From NCBI GenBank assembly GCA_951406725.2, contig OX597826.1, positions 21,328,001-21,392,000 on the forward strand: 64,000 nucleotides of DNA, read 5' to 3'. This document shows, one piece after another, positions 48,452-60,789 of this stretch. Within the stretch, counting starts at the first letter, position 1. Each line of letters begins with the position of its first letter. A model generated the notes under the pieces. It searched no databases and was not told the origin of the DNA. It saw nothing but the letters and a program-made list of their open reading frames with translations. The position numbers and the translations under genes were made by a program. This stretch comes from Octopus vulgaris (taxonomy: Eukaryota).

Positions 48452-50401
48452 GGTTAATATAGGGCGTTACGCATATCAGAAAATCAAAAAAAAAAGTGTG
48501 TAATAGGTGTAAAACAACTTCCTATGAACGAATATGAAAAAAAAAATTCGCGCGCGCGAAAGGGGGTGGGGGAGAGGCCTCGGAAAATTCACATCGGGAA
48601 GTTCCGAAAGCGTCTGAGGGGCTGACCCGGGCACCAAAACAAAAAAAAAATAGTGTAATATGTGTAAAACAACTTGCTCTAAACGAATATGACCAAAAAA
48701 AATGCGCTCTCGCGAAAGAGGGGTGGCGGAGAGGCCTCGGAAAATTTATATCGGGAATTTCCGAAAGCGTCTGAACCGGGCACAAAAACAAAAACAGCGT
48801 AATAGGTGTAAAACAACTTGCTCTAAACGACTATCATGAAAAAAATGCGCACTCGCGAAAGGGGGGTGGGGGGAGAGGCTTCGGAAATTTCACATCTTCA
48901 GTCCACGGCCTTTAAACTAAGAAAAAATAGTGTAATTGGTGTAAAACTACTTGTTCTAAACGAGTATCAAGAACACACACTCACACATGAATCATAAACT
49001 CCGTATTTTTGTACATATTTCGCAAAAAAAAAAATAAATAAAGAGAAGAAATTCTGGACAAAGTGAAGAAATGTTGGATCTCCGCCATGTGAATCAAAAT
49101 ACGTGTCAGAAACATCTTGAAATACTACAGAAATTATGTTACGAAAATGATAATGTATACATACCTCTTTGAGTGGTCCATCGACAATGATGATAAAGAA
49201 ATGAGTTGGATTTGAACTCAGAATATTGACTAACACAACTACATACTACAAGACTCAAAATATTCAGCCAAGTCATCACCCTTTAACTAGCAATAATAAT
49301 AACATCAATAACATAACAGCCAAAAGATTTATTTGTTCTGAAAATAACAATCATAGTAAATAAATATGTTCTTTAATATTCACATTCATGTGCACAGTTA
49401 AACACACTTACATACAAACAGTCACGCATGCATAATACAGAACGGAACACATAAATGAAGGATGCATTACTTAGTATATATTACATCTAGAGAATTTTGA
49501 TTAATAAGTCAAATATGCAAATTATAAAGATAATTAATTGCTTTACTAAACAGTGTTGTAAAGGTGAAAAAATAAATTTGGGAAAAAAATACACGCCAAA
49601 ACTAATTAATAAAGGATAATTAGGGAAGGATTGACACAAAATAATAATTTTTTCTGTCTCTTTTTTTCTGATAAATGCATCTTAATAAGTGAGAAGAATT
49701 GCATATATCTGAACTATTTCAAAGAAAAGCATAAATTTAATGTTTAAAATAGCTTTAACCAAGGAATGAGATCCAACATTTCTTCACTTTTTCCAGAATT
49801 TCTTCTCTTTATTTTTTTTTTTTTTGCGAAATATGTACAAAAATACGGAGTTTATGATTCATGTGTGAGTGTGTGTTCTTGATACTCGTTTAGAACAAGT
49901 AGTTTTACACCAATTACACTATTTTTTCTTAGTTTAAAGGCCGTGGACTGAAGATGTGAAATTTCCGAAGCCTCTCCCCCACCCCCCTTTCGCGAGCGCG
50001 CATTTTTTTCATGATAGTCGTTTAGAGCAAGTTGTTTTACACATATTACACTATTTTTTTTTTGTTTTGGTGCCCGGGTCAGACGCTTTCGGAAATTCCC
50101 GATATAAATTTTCCGAGGCCTCTCCGCCACCCCTCTTTCGCGAGAGCGCATTTTTTTGGTCATATTCGTTTAGAGCAAGTTGTTTTACACATATTACACT
50201 ATTTTTTTTTTGTTTTGGTGCCCGGGTCAGCCCCTCAGACGCTTTCGGAACTTCCCGATGTGAATTTTCCGAGGCCTCTCCCCCACCCCCCTTTCACGTG
50301 CGCGAATTTTTTTTTCATATTCGTTCATAGGAAGTTGTTTTACACCTATTACACACATTTTTTTTTTGATTTTCTGATATGCGTAACGCCCTATATTAAC
50401 C
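48452..50401. mobile_element. Non-autonomous foldback DNA transposon, ~630-bp modular TIRs, 8-bp TSD (Merlin- or Mutator-like)
   Basis: Arms 48452-49082 and 49768-50401; termini GGTTAATATAGGGCG / CGCCCTATATTAACC; GATATTCT at 48444-48451 and 50402-50409; ~130-150-bp internal subrepeats. Confidence 0.92.
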
Positions 50402-50675
50402 GATATTCTTTCAGATATATATACTGCAACTGTTTTTCCGTGGTGAGATTTTTCACACTAACAGCATGAGTTGAATCTGTGTTTATCTTGTGTACAAGTT
50501 AAATCTTCGTAGATAGAGACGATGTTGGCGATGACGTTATGTCTGCCGCTTGGTTTACTATAGCGTCTTCATATTATGTTTTGCTTAGTTGTCGTCTGCC
50601 TTTCAAACTGGAACATGGTTGAGTATGCTCTGTGTGGTCTCCGACTAAGACCTTAAAAGGTCTTAAGCCAAAAGA

Positions 50676-50815
50676 CAGTGAATCGTGCTATATCAGGCTA
50701 TTTAAAGAGTTAAGATGGCTCAAATGAAAAGTCCTATCCGAAAGCTGTGATTGGTCAGTTTACACACTGGCACGAAGTAAGTATAGAGACAGACCGCGCT
50801 TAGATGCTAACCAAT
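50676..50815 (-). promoter_or_regulatory. Leftward Pol II-type core promoter candidate
   Basis: CCAAT boxes 50811 (+) and 50750 (-), TTTAAATA 50706-50699, Inr-like TCACTG ~27 nt downstream, ATG in CAACCATG context at 50616. Confidence 0.4.
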
Positions 50816-51215
50816 CAAAATAGTGGACACAACAACGTTAAACTAGCCAAAGATGTTTGTAATCTCAAACGAGATCATTCTTAATATTTTTCTCAAACAG
50901 TGAAGATAGCAATGAAGAAAACAATATTGCTACAGTACTATATGGTTTTTGATCACCTTTTCTAATCTGACTGCAGAGAGGGGTGGGGCAGTGCTGCAGT
51001 CTCATGGTTCACCTTGATACCTTCTCAGAGTGCATGTGTGGTATTGGTGATGGGTTGATGACAACTAGGGGTCATTACATTGTTTTAGTGTTGCTGAGTT
51101 CCTTCAAATTCTTCCAAGGAGCAAGCCCAATGGGATTACTAATTGAGCCAATGATGACCTAGTCATGAAATGGATTTTGTGTTCCATGTTGTTGCTGACA
51201 GCATATTGTTGATGC

Positions 51216-51442
51216 AAGGCAGTGAGCTGGCAGAAACGTTAGCATGCCGGGTGAAATGCTTAGCCGTATTTTGTCTGCCGTTAACGTTCTGAGTTCAAAT
51301 TCCACTGAGGTCTACTTTGCCTTTCATCCTTTCAGGGTCGATAAATTAAGTACCAGTTACACACTGGGGTCGATGTAATCGACTTAATCCGTTTGTTTGT
51401 CCCCTCTATGTTTAGCCCCTTGTGTGTAATAAAGAAACAGAT
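51216..51442 (+). mobile_element. SINE family B with 16-bp TSD
   Basis: AGCATATTGTTGATGC at 51200-51215 and 51443-51458. Confidence 0.9.
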
Positions 51443-51956
51443 AGCATATTGTTGATGCTTCATAGTGGTTCAACAAAATGCGATCAATAAAATGAATATC
51501 TGAGCATTAAGTTTTGGAGTTGAGATAAATGACTAAGGCTGATACCTCAGTTGATGAGGTTTTTCATTGTAGCACCTTTGTCATATATTCATCACACCAA
51601 GAGACGCAGTTTAATGACCACACTATCAATACATTTTCCACACTTCTTCTACATCTCATTGTCCTTTTGACTTGGTATGAGTTTGAAACATAGTTTAGTT
51701 TAGAAAGTCTTGTCGACATGTTTTTACTCACAAATTAGTGACTTCTCATGAAAATCCAAGGGTGATATGTGTTTGATTTTATCATAAAATTAGTTTTTCC
51801 TTGGACTTTAAAAGGTGCCAGGCATGTCTTTAATCAGTATGTTCAGTTTTGTTACTTGCAGCAAACACTATTGAAACTTTAGATCTTTCTCTTTATCATT
51901 TAATAAATGATAAAACACACACGTAAATATATATATATATATACATATGAAATATA

Positions 51957-52505
51957 CGAGGGTGAGTCAAAAAGTAATGCCATTTTGTTTAGGACAGGTA
52001 TAATTACCAACACAGGAACATGTATCATACATCAAAATGAAGCTTATGAGTTTATTGTTTTTTCTTTTGGCAAGAAATCAACCAGAATGACACTTTGAGC
52101 ATCCCAAAAGACAGTCACCATTATTTTTCCAGTTGAATTTTGCGCCTTGAACTTTTCTGGCGGTGGTCATGTAGAGTGGTGCCATTCCATTGACTGCTTC
52201 TTTGATTCTAGTTCATAATGATGAACCCATGTTTCATTACCTGTTATGAGCCTTCAAAAGGTGTTGTCTCTTTGACTTTGTAGTGAAGAAGTGACTCAAA
52301 GAACAGTCAACAGAATTTTACAGGGCAGGGATACATGCTCTCATTCGAAGGTGGAACATTGCTATTGAGAGAAATGGTGACTATGTTGAGAAGTAGGGAT
52401 GTGATCCACAGAGGACCAGCTTTATTTTGATGAATGATACATGTTCCTCTGTTGGTAATTATACTCGTCCTAAACAAAATGGCATTACTTTTTGACTCTC
52501 CCTCA
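51957..52505. mobile_element. mariner deletion derivative with ~90-bp inverted ends
   Basis: TA-CGAGGG..AGTCAAAAAGTAATGCC termini; transposase pieces ETWVHHYE..SK/QSMEWHH/GKIMVTVFWD (minus) and FYRAGIHALIRRWNIAIERNGDYVEK* (plus). Confidence 0.88.
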
Positions 52506-52514
52506 TATATACAT

Positions 52515-52872
52515 CAAAATCAAATCAAATCACAATCAAATGGAAATTGTAGTTGTGATCCCCGTGCTGGTGGCATGTAAAAAGCACCATCTGAACGTGG
52601 CCAATGCCAGTGCTGCCTCGACTGGTTTCCATACTGGTGGCATGTAAAAAGCGCCAGCCGATCGTGGTTGAAGCCTGGCCCCTGTGTCGGTAGCATGTAA
52701 AAAAAGGCATGCACTACAATCTCGGAGTGGTTGGTGTTAGGAAGGGCATCCAGCTGTAGAAACTTTGCCAGATCAGACTGGAGCCAGGCACAGCCTCCTG
52801 GCTTCCCAAACCCCAGTCAAACCATCCAACCCATGCCAGCATGGAAAACGGATGTTAAACGATGATGATGAT
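52515..52872 (+). mobile_element. RTE LINE 3' tail
   Basis: Same subrepeats and (GAT)n end as 12540 and 14005 copies. Confidence 0.78.
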
Positions 52873-52909
52873 ATGAGGTAACCAAAAACAAATGGATAAC
52901 TTAAAACAA

Positions 52910-53309
52910 GGCGCAGGAGTGGCTGTGTGGTAAGTAGCTTGCTTACCAACCACATGGTTCCGGGTTCAGTCCCACTGCGTGACATCTTGGGCAAGTGTCT
53001 TCTGCTATAGCCTCGGGCCAACCAATGCCTTGTGAGTGGATTTGGTAGATGGAAACTGAAAGAAGCCTGTCGTATATATGTATATATATATATATATATA
53101 TGTATGTTTGTGTGTCTGTGTTTGTCCCCCTAGCATTGCTTGACAACCGATGCTGGTGTGTTTACGTCCCCATCTCTTAGCAGTTCGGCAAAAGAGACCG
53201 ATAGAATAAGTACTGGGCTTACAAACAATAAGTCCCGGGGTCGATTTGCTCGACTAAAGGCGGTGCTCCAGCATGGCTGCAGTCAAATGGCTGAAACAAG
53301 TAAAAGAGA
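52910..53309 (+). mobile_element. SINE family A, full length
   Basis: tRNA-like head through CGACTAAAGGCGGTGCTCCAGCATGG...GAAACAAGTAAAAGAG tail. Confidence 0.9.
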
Positions 53310-53657
53310 AAAACAAAATCACTACATGTTTCAAAAACATAGCTTAATTCAAATACCAAGGTATTTCGGACCCATGACCAACTGCTTAACTCAGCATACA
53401 CTGTTAAAGTGACCAGTTAAATTCCCTACATTGTTTAAGAGTGATCTGTTTAGTCAAAGAGAGATGAAAGTGCTTCTAAAGCTACTTTGTCACGACCTAT
53501 TTGATCCCACTGTATTTTATATATATGTATCTTTGTGACAGTGAGTGTACAAATTATACGTGATGTTATTCACAGTATAGGTTAAATACATTTGTTACTT
53601 GGTGGTCAGCAAAGTAAATGACTTTTCAACATTTCTACAAAATAGAGACATAATATA

Positions 53658-54273
53658 GGTGCAGGAGTGGCTGTGTGGTAAATTAGCTTGCTTACCAACC
53701 ACATAGCTCCGGGTTCAGTCCCACTGCGTGGCACCTTGAGCAAGTGTCTTCTACTATAGCCTCAGACTGACCAAAGCCTTGTGAGTGGATTTGGTAGACG
53801 GAAACTGAAAGAAGCCCGTCGCATATATGTATATGTTTGTGTGTCTGTGTTTGTCCCCCCAACATCGCTTGACAACTTAGCTGTTCGGCAAAAGAGACCG
53901 ATAGAATAAGTACTAGGCTTACAAAGAATAAGTCCTGGGGTCGATTTGCTCGACTAAAGGCGGTGCAGAAAATAGATTCCGTCAACTGCCAGTGGGGTAA
54001 GCTAGAGGTAGTAGATAGCTTCCATTATGTAGGTGATCAAGTTAGTAGTGGAGGTGGATGTTCCGAGAGCATAGCTGTGAGAATAAGATAAGGCTGGGCA
54101 AAGTTCAGAGATCTCCTACCCCTGCTGGCAACAAAGGGCCTTTCTCTTAGAGTGAAAGGCAGACTGCATGCAAACATCTCTGCTACATGGTAGTGAAACA
54201 TGGGCTGTGACAGCTGAGGACATGCACAGGCTTGAAAGAAATGTGGAAAATTACTGAAACAAGTAAAAGAGAG
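53658..54273 (+). mobile_element. SINE family A with a 281-bp RTE segment inserted in its tail
   Basis: Head as at 52910; tail interrupted at GGCGGTGC by a copy of 56369-56649. Confidence 0.88.
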
Positions 54274-54780
54274 TATAATGGATATTTCACAGCAGCTGCA
54301 TCAGAGAGAGAGAGAGCTTCTATAGATTTATAATTAAAAGAAACTGCAGTTGAATTCAGAGACATTCCACACCAAATGTTTTATAATTGGGGAGATGAAG
54401 CTGGGGCAGAAATCAGCTTCAAAAATATTTTGAATTCATTTAGAAAATAAAATTTAGAAAGAAAAAAAAACAGCTAAAGAAAGCAAAACACATGCTTGGT
54501 GTTAATTACCTCTACTTGTCCAGTTCAACAGGAATTAATGTTGATTACCCATCTTCCTCCAGTCCAATTATAGTTAGTGTTAATTACCTGTATTTTCTCC
54601 CAATTTAATGTTAATTATAGGTCCATTTTAATTAGTATAAATTAAGAGTATGTTAGAGTTATGTCCCTTGGGTTGCTAAACGGAACTTGGTGTCAAAGAC
54701 AAATGTTAAGCGACACGAAGATGTCAGTATCATTCGGAGAACAACAAACTTTGCACAAACTCCAATTCTAGCACGAGATT

Positions 54781-54952
54781 ATGGCTCTGTCCAAGACACG
54801 TAACGCTGTAAAGAAGTTGTTTGGTAAATATTTATTGTTGACTAATACGGTCACATGTGGTGGTTTGTTGGCTGTTGGTGATGCTATTACTCAGAAAATC
54901 GAACATTTGGGACACGATTCTTCAACTTTTAAATATGATTGGCCTCGGACAG
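54781..54952 (+). CDS. MPV17L2: Mpv17/PMP22 family MPV17L2, coding exon 1
   Basis: MALSKTRNAVKKLFGKYLLLTNTVTCGGLLAVGDAITQKIE...YDWPRT(G) then GTAAAG donor, phase 1. Confidence 0.92.
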
Positions 54953-56011
54953 GTAAAGTGATTGAAGTTGAAAATATTTCTTTTACTGCCAGTAATAAGG
55001 GAAACTATGTATATATGTAACGACTTAAAGTTTCGAATTCATAATTGTAAAAAAAAATCATTTGTAATTAGAGGGACATTGCTAACGGTCCACGTGTAAT
55101 TAAAGGTTAAATCAACCTGAAAACCAAACAGTTGGTGCAACATGGTCACTAAAGGATTTTTTTCTCCATTGTCAGTGAAATACAATTTAGATTGCAATGT
55201 TGTTATTTTTCTTTTATAAAATCTTTTTTTATTTAAGAAAATACATAATTTACAAAATTGATAATAACAATGAAAAGAAACAAAAGAATAAATTCACTCT
55301 TCGACTTTTTAAAATTTCTATTTTCCTCTAAAAATTTTCGACCACAAACACTCGTGGCAATACCGTCGGTGACCGCGAGGCTGAGAAAATAGAAACAGCC
55401 AAGCGCCGTTACGTGATTATCAACAACACAAATCTAAGGAAATACGTGGTTAATTGTGTGTATGTGCTTGATGTGTTTAATACATGCGCAAGGTTCAGTA
55501 CACAATGTACATTTAAAGCATGTAATTAATTTTTTTTTTTTTATTAATTAGAACTGTATCATCCACTAAAACTGGAAACCAAGGACAACGAGGTGAAACT
55601 AATGCAGTTAATAATTCTGTGTGCAGAAATTTTTGTTTTCGATGGATGCACGGCTTAAATGGATGAAGTTTTTTGTAAAAATGAAAATAAAAGTAGAATA
55701 TGAAAAAAAAAAAAAAACGATTACGTTTGGTGCCGGTAAATAGAAATAAATTTCGTTGCTAGGGAGAAGATTGAGTTTTTTTTTGTTTTTTTTTTAGGGA
55801 AGAATTGTCTGCAGAGAGTTAGGAAAAAGATCAATGGAATGTATTGACGTTGCAGTGAATAAGTTGTTGAATGAAAGACTTCACAGAAATACTCGTTATT
55901 TTGGGATGTGGCCCACAATATACATAGACATTTATCTAAATTAAAGTTGTACAAATGACTCGGTTCATAATTTATTGATGTCGCCACTCTGGAATTTGGG
56001 ACCAATTTTAA

Positions 56012-57430
56012 CCCTACGTTACTCTGTCAAGTGCTTATTCATTCACATTGTTCTGAATTATGTACAAAAGTAATGAACTTTTATACACTGTTTGGGTACA
56101 ATTAATCCTGCATCACCTCATAGCTTTCAGATTTTGAAGATGCAGTTGTTCATTTTTAGAATGACCAAAGAGCCTTAGAGTTAACCTAGCAAAAACCAAA
56201 GTGTTAGTAAGTAGCAAAGTAGACAAATCACAAATCCTTTCAGGTAGATGGCCTTGCTTGATCTGCAAGCTTTGGACACATAAAATGTGCAGCAATATCA
56301 GAATAGGGTTAACAGGGAAACTAGCTTTTGTATGTGGAAAATACACAGGTACAATAAACGCTGAAAATGTGCAGAAAATAGATTCCATCAACTGCCAGTG
56401 GGGTAAGCTAGAGGTAGTAGATAGCTTCCATTATGTAGGTGATCAAGTTAGTAGTGGAGGTGGATGTTCCAAGAGCGTAGCTGTGAGAATAAGATAAGGC
56501 TGGGCAAAGTTCAGAGATCTCCTACCCCTGCTGGCAACAAAGGACCTTTCTCTTAGAGTGAAAGGCAGACTGTATGCAAACATCTCTGCTACATGGTAGT
56601 GAAACATGGGCTGTGACAGCTGAGGACATGCACAGGCTTGAAAGAAATGAAGCCAGTGTGCTTCACTAGATGTGCAATGTCAGTGTGCATGTTCGACAGA
56701 GCATAAACATCTTAAGAGAAAAGTTAGGTATAAAAGGCATCAGATGTGTTGTGGAAGAGAGACGACTGCACTGGTACGGATGAGGACAGCTGTATAAAGA
56801 AGTGCCGATCTCTAACTGTGGAGGGAATGTGTGGTAGAAGTAGACCCAGGAAGACCTGGGATGAGGTGGTGAAGTATGATCTTTGAGCCTCAGGGACAAT
56901 GACTAGTGACTGAGACCATTGGCGATGTGCTGTGCTTGTCATGGTAACTGGCACCCATGTTGGTGGCACGAAAAAAACACCATTTGAGCGTTGGGCCTCA
57001 TGGAGGCAATGACCAAGAACTTTGGCATTATGTTTTGCTTGAGAAGACCCATCAAGCTGAACAAAATCACAGTCGTGGCAGATACTGGTGTCATGCAAAT
57101 GGCACCCATGCCAGTGGCTTGTAAAAGCACCCTGGTGTCACACAAATGGCATGTGTGCCGGTGGCATGTAAAAGCACCCACTGCACTCTCGGAGTGGTTG
57201 GCATTAGGAAGGGAATCCAGCTGTAGAAAACCATTCCAAATCAGATTGGAGTCTGGTGCAGTCTTCCAGTGAGCCAGCCCAGTCAATCCATCCTACCTAT
57301 GCCTCCATTAACAAAAGGGACATTAAATGATGATGATTGTGGAGTAGGTGTGAGAGGCCAGACTTAGATGGTTTAAAAATAAAGCAGGTAGAATATTGGG
57401 CTGGATATGGTGAGTTTAAATGTTGAAAGG
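56012..57430. mobile_element. piggyBac-like MITE (TTAA both sides) split by an RTE insertion
   Basis: TTAA at 56008-56011 and 57431-57434; body homologous to 25588-25988. Confidence 0.65.
56165..57337 (+). mobile_element. 5'-truncated RTE LINE in MPV17L2 intron 1
   Basis: LRVNLAKTKVL, WPC..C, LEVVDSFHYVGD, LHGSETWAV, RGRPRKTWDEVV-like motifs; (GAT)n tail. Confidence 0.9.
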
Positions 57431-58868
57431 TTAAGCAAAGTAGTTTTGGATTTGGAATTCAAAGTTGCTGCAAAGCTTTTAATTTCACTCAGCATAATTT
57501 GTATGAAAATCATTGCAAGAAAATAATGGAATGATAGACATGATGAATCTCTATTTTGATATACTTTTGGCCTTGAATTTTTAAAAAGCATAAGTTATCT
57601 GCCTGGCTTATCTCTCTGGAATTATTAAAATTGCTTTTTGCAAAATGGAAATTCACACCTGAACAAAGAGATCAGATTATTGGAAGATGGCATAGAATCT
57701 TAATTATAAAAGGACATTTTAAAATTGTTTAACTTTTGAATTTAGAAAATGCAGTTTCTGGTTATTATGAAGTCTCTGGACATGGTAAAAGAAATGAACA
57801 GATGAACATGTTTAATGCTTCTCTTGAAGAATCAGAAGAGAGGGAATTCTGGAAGAAGGATTGGGTGTTGTTAATAAGGGTGGCACAAGAGCAGTGGCTG
57901 CTGTAGTAACTCTACAAATGACAGAAGGAGGATACAGCATGTCTGTGTGATGGAGAATTCTGAAAGCTAACTGGTTACTTAGCAACAAGGTATACATCGG
58001 ATCAAGTTTGTTCTAATGTGAAAGAAAGAGAGAAATGATTAGGAGTTAGGAGCTGGCTCAGGTGGAAAAAGAAAATTGTGAGAAAACCCTGGAATATAAT
58101 TAAAGATGAAAGATGTTTCTTTGAGAAGCAGCTTCTAAATGGAGAAAACAAATAAAGTGAGGCTTGGTGGTCATGAGACATCATCATCATAAGACATTTA
58201 TTCAATAGCTTGGGTGGTTCTACATAATTCTTTGACATGATTCTGTGAGGCCTAATTCTGTGAGGTCTGCTGTTCTAGCCCCATCATTTCTTTATTTACT
58301 TCAATACATCACAAATTACCACAGCAGCAGATGTTGCTACTCCACTTTACATTAACTGTACATTTCATGTTATCTTTAATATCCAGTTATATCATCTGAA
58401 CATACCAGCATTGTGCATCTCCTGTAATTTAACATTACACATCCAGTAACATAATTCATCTTTCTCCAACCTCTACACACACACATTTATGATATATCCT
58501 TTTGTCTTTAGCTGTGTATGGTGATATTTCTACTCTAGTTTCAGAAGATTAACTACACAAAGAACTGTGGCTGTGGTGTGTTTGGTTGAGTACTAATGAG
58601 CTGCTTAAGCAATAAAGTGTACAAAATTACTCAACTATTCTGTGTTATTCTATGTCATTGATAGACTGAAACACAGAAATGTTTCACCACAAAAAATGTA
58701 CAGATTAACAATCTTTTGTTTTAATTTCAGTGGAACGACCATTCATTTCTGCTTAATACAGAACTAATGTTTTCTGTCAGAAAAGAGCATCATAATAATT
58801 GATGGAGAGTGGTCAGGTGTTGTGTGTGTGAGTGTGCATGCATGAAAGAAACCTGCAGAAATATTAAT

Positions 58869-59097
58869 CTCTTTATTGCCTACAGGGGGCTAAACATAGA
58901 GGGGACAAACAAAGACAGACAAAGGATTAAGTCGATTACATTGATCCCTTTGCATAACCGGTACTTATTTAATTGACCCAAAAAGGATGAAAGGTGAAGT
59001 CGACTTCAGCAGAATTTGAACTCAGAACATAAAGACAGACGAAATACTGCTAAGCATTTCGCCTGGCATGCTAATGATTCTGCCAGCTCGATTCCTT
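58869..59097 (-). mobile_element. SINE family B with 19-bp TSD
   Basis: AACCTGCAGAAATATTAAT at 58850-58868 and 59098-59116. Confidence 0.9.
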
Positions 59098-59313
59098 AAC
59101 CTGCAGAAATATTAATAAGTTAATTGAAGTAATTTAGTAACTATTTTTATTGGTGTAACCTATTCATTCACACACACAAAACTAAAATGACAGTATATAA
59201 CCCTTTTCATATTAGTTCTGCCCACCTATTTTCCACCCAAATAAAATAAATTTTTGTTTTCACAAACAAGTTCAGTATATTGATCACTTTCCTATTGATT
59301 TCCTCTGTTGCAG

Positions 59314-59475
59314 GTCGAATGTTCACCGTTGGCCTGTTTATGGGTCCAGCCACACATTTTTGGTATACGTTCCTTGATAAAATGTTAGTTGGAACTGCAG
59401 GAATAACGGTCTTGAAGAAGATTTGTGCTGATCAGGCAGTGGCAGCGCCGTATTTCTGTACAACATTCTTAGTGG
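59314..59475 (+). CDS. MPV17L2: MPV17L2 exon 2 (162 nt)
   Basis: ttgcAG / RMFTVGLFMGPATHFWYTFLDKML...VLKKICADQAVAAPYFCTTFLV(G) / GTCAGT. Confidence 0.92.
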
Positions 59476-59712
59476 GTCAGTTCTCTCTTCTTGTTTCAAC
59501 AAATATTTTGAATGTGTTGTCTCTTTGCTTTTTCATATTCAGTTGTCAGGTCCAGTGACTCAGTATAGTGCTACAATGAGACACCCCCCCAACTGTAGTA
59601 TATACACCTCTACTGTATGTGGCGCTGCTGTAATATACATCATTGTATAAGACAAAAATAAATGATAAAATATGTTGGTACCTTATGTCTACCCTATATT
59701 CTCCATGTTTAG

Positions 59713-59789
59713 GTATGTCGTTATTGGAAGGAAAAGGTTGGAAAGTTGCTGTAGGAGAACTGAAGGAAAAATTCCTCACAATTTATATG
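59713..59789 (+). CDS. MPV17L2: MPV17L2 exon 3 (77 nt)
   Basis: tttAG / MSLLEGKGWKVAVGELKEKFLTIYM / GTAAGA. Confidence 0.92.
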
Positions 59790-60789
59790 GTAAGACCACA
59801 ACTGTTGGTACCTTTTTGTATTCCATTATTAATTTTGGATTCATTTAATAACTTCTTCATTGGCCAAATAGTGGTGGTGGTGATGGGGGGAGATGCCCCA
59901 TGGAACATGTGATGCCTTCTTGGACAAAATGTTTTTATATTTGGTTTCTGCAACCTGAGTTCACTTGCAAATAACATTGATGCCAAGTGGCATCAACCTT
60001 GCCATTCTGTAGAACAACATTGGTATCAATTGTTATCTGCACCATGGAGGGAAACAGCCTGGATAGGATCTATAAGGAACCCTAATAGAATCCACCAATT
60101 CATGGCATCACAGATTCTCAATATTTTATGGTTTATTCATTATTTTTCAAGTAAACGATTTTGGACCAAAATTGTGGTATATTGGTTGATAACTACTTAC
60201 TATGGCTACCAGCTGGTTAGTAGTTAAAGAGCCAAAAGACCTTTAAAGGCCTTGTACATATGTTAAAGACGGTGATAGCATATGGACATATGTCTAATGA
60301 CTATTTTAAGAATTATTGCCATCATCCACTTCAACAACAAGCAACAGAGTTTGATAGAACAGTGTGTAAAAATAATTCAGTTTTTGGTTTTTTTACCTTC
60401 ATAATTTTCAGTTCAAACCCTATTGAAATTATTACCTTTACTTCTCATCTCCCGGGGTCATTAAAGATACAAACCATCTTCTGTCAGAGACCAAGATTAT
60501 TTCATTTCTTACAGCATTATTTCACTGCACCATTGAGTGCAGCTGTGAACACCATGCATATACAGAGGAGTGTTTTCCTCATGTAGTGATGGCTCTCCAT
60601 GGTGTGTATGTGTGCAATGTCCTGTGTTGCTTCCGTATGTGGTGAATGTATCTGTAAGTCCTGGTGCTTCGGTTATGCCTTTCTCTGCATCATCTGTAAC
60701 CATTCCCAAGACTCTTAGAGAGATTATTTCTCTTTTCAAACCCCACTTTCTGGTCTGGATTTCCAGACTTATTATTATTATATCATCAT

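Noticed and set aside
48490-48970. Regularly spaced repeats as a CRISPR array
   Set aside because: Whole units repeat with no unique spacers, they are mirrored in the other TIR, no cas genes, eukaryotic context
50646-50665. Histone 3' stem-loop-like hairpin AGACCT-TTTA-AGGTCT on the minus strand
   Set aside because: No histone ORF, non-consensus stem pairs, no ACCCA flank or downstream element
53963-54243. G-for-A differences suggesting a retrocopy of ADAR-edited intronic RNA
   Set aside because: Three of five differences are CpG/CpA changes in both directions; CpG decay explains them
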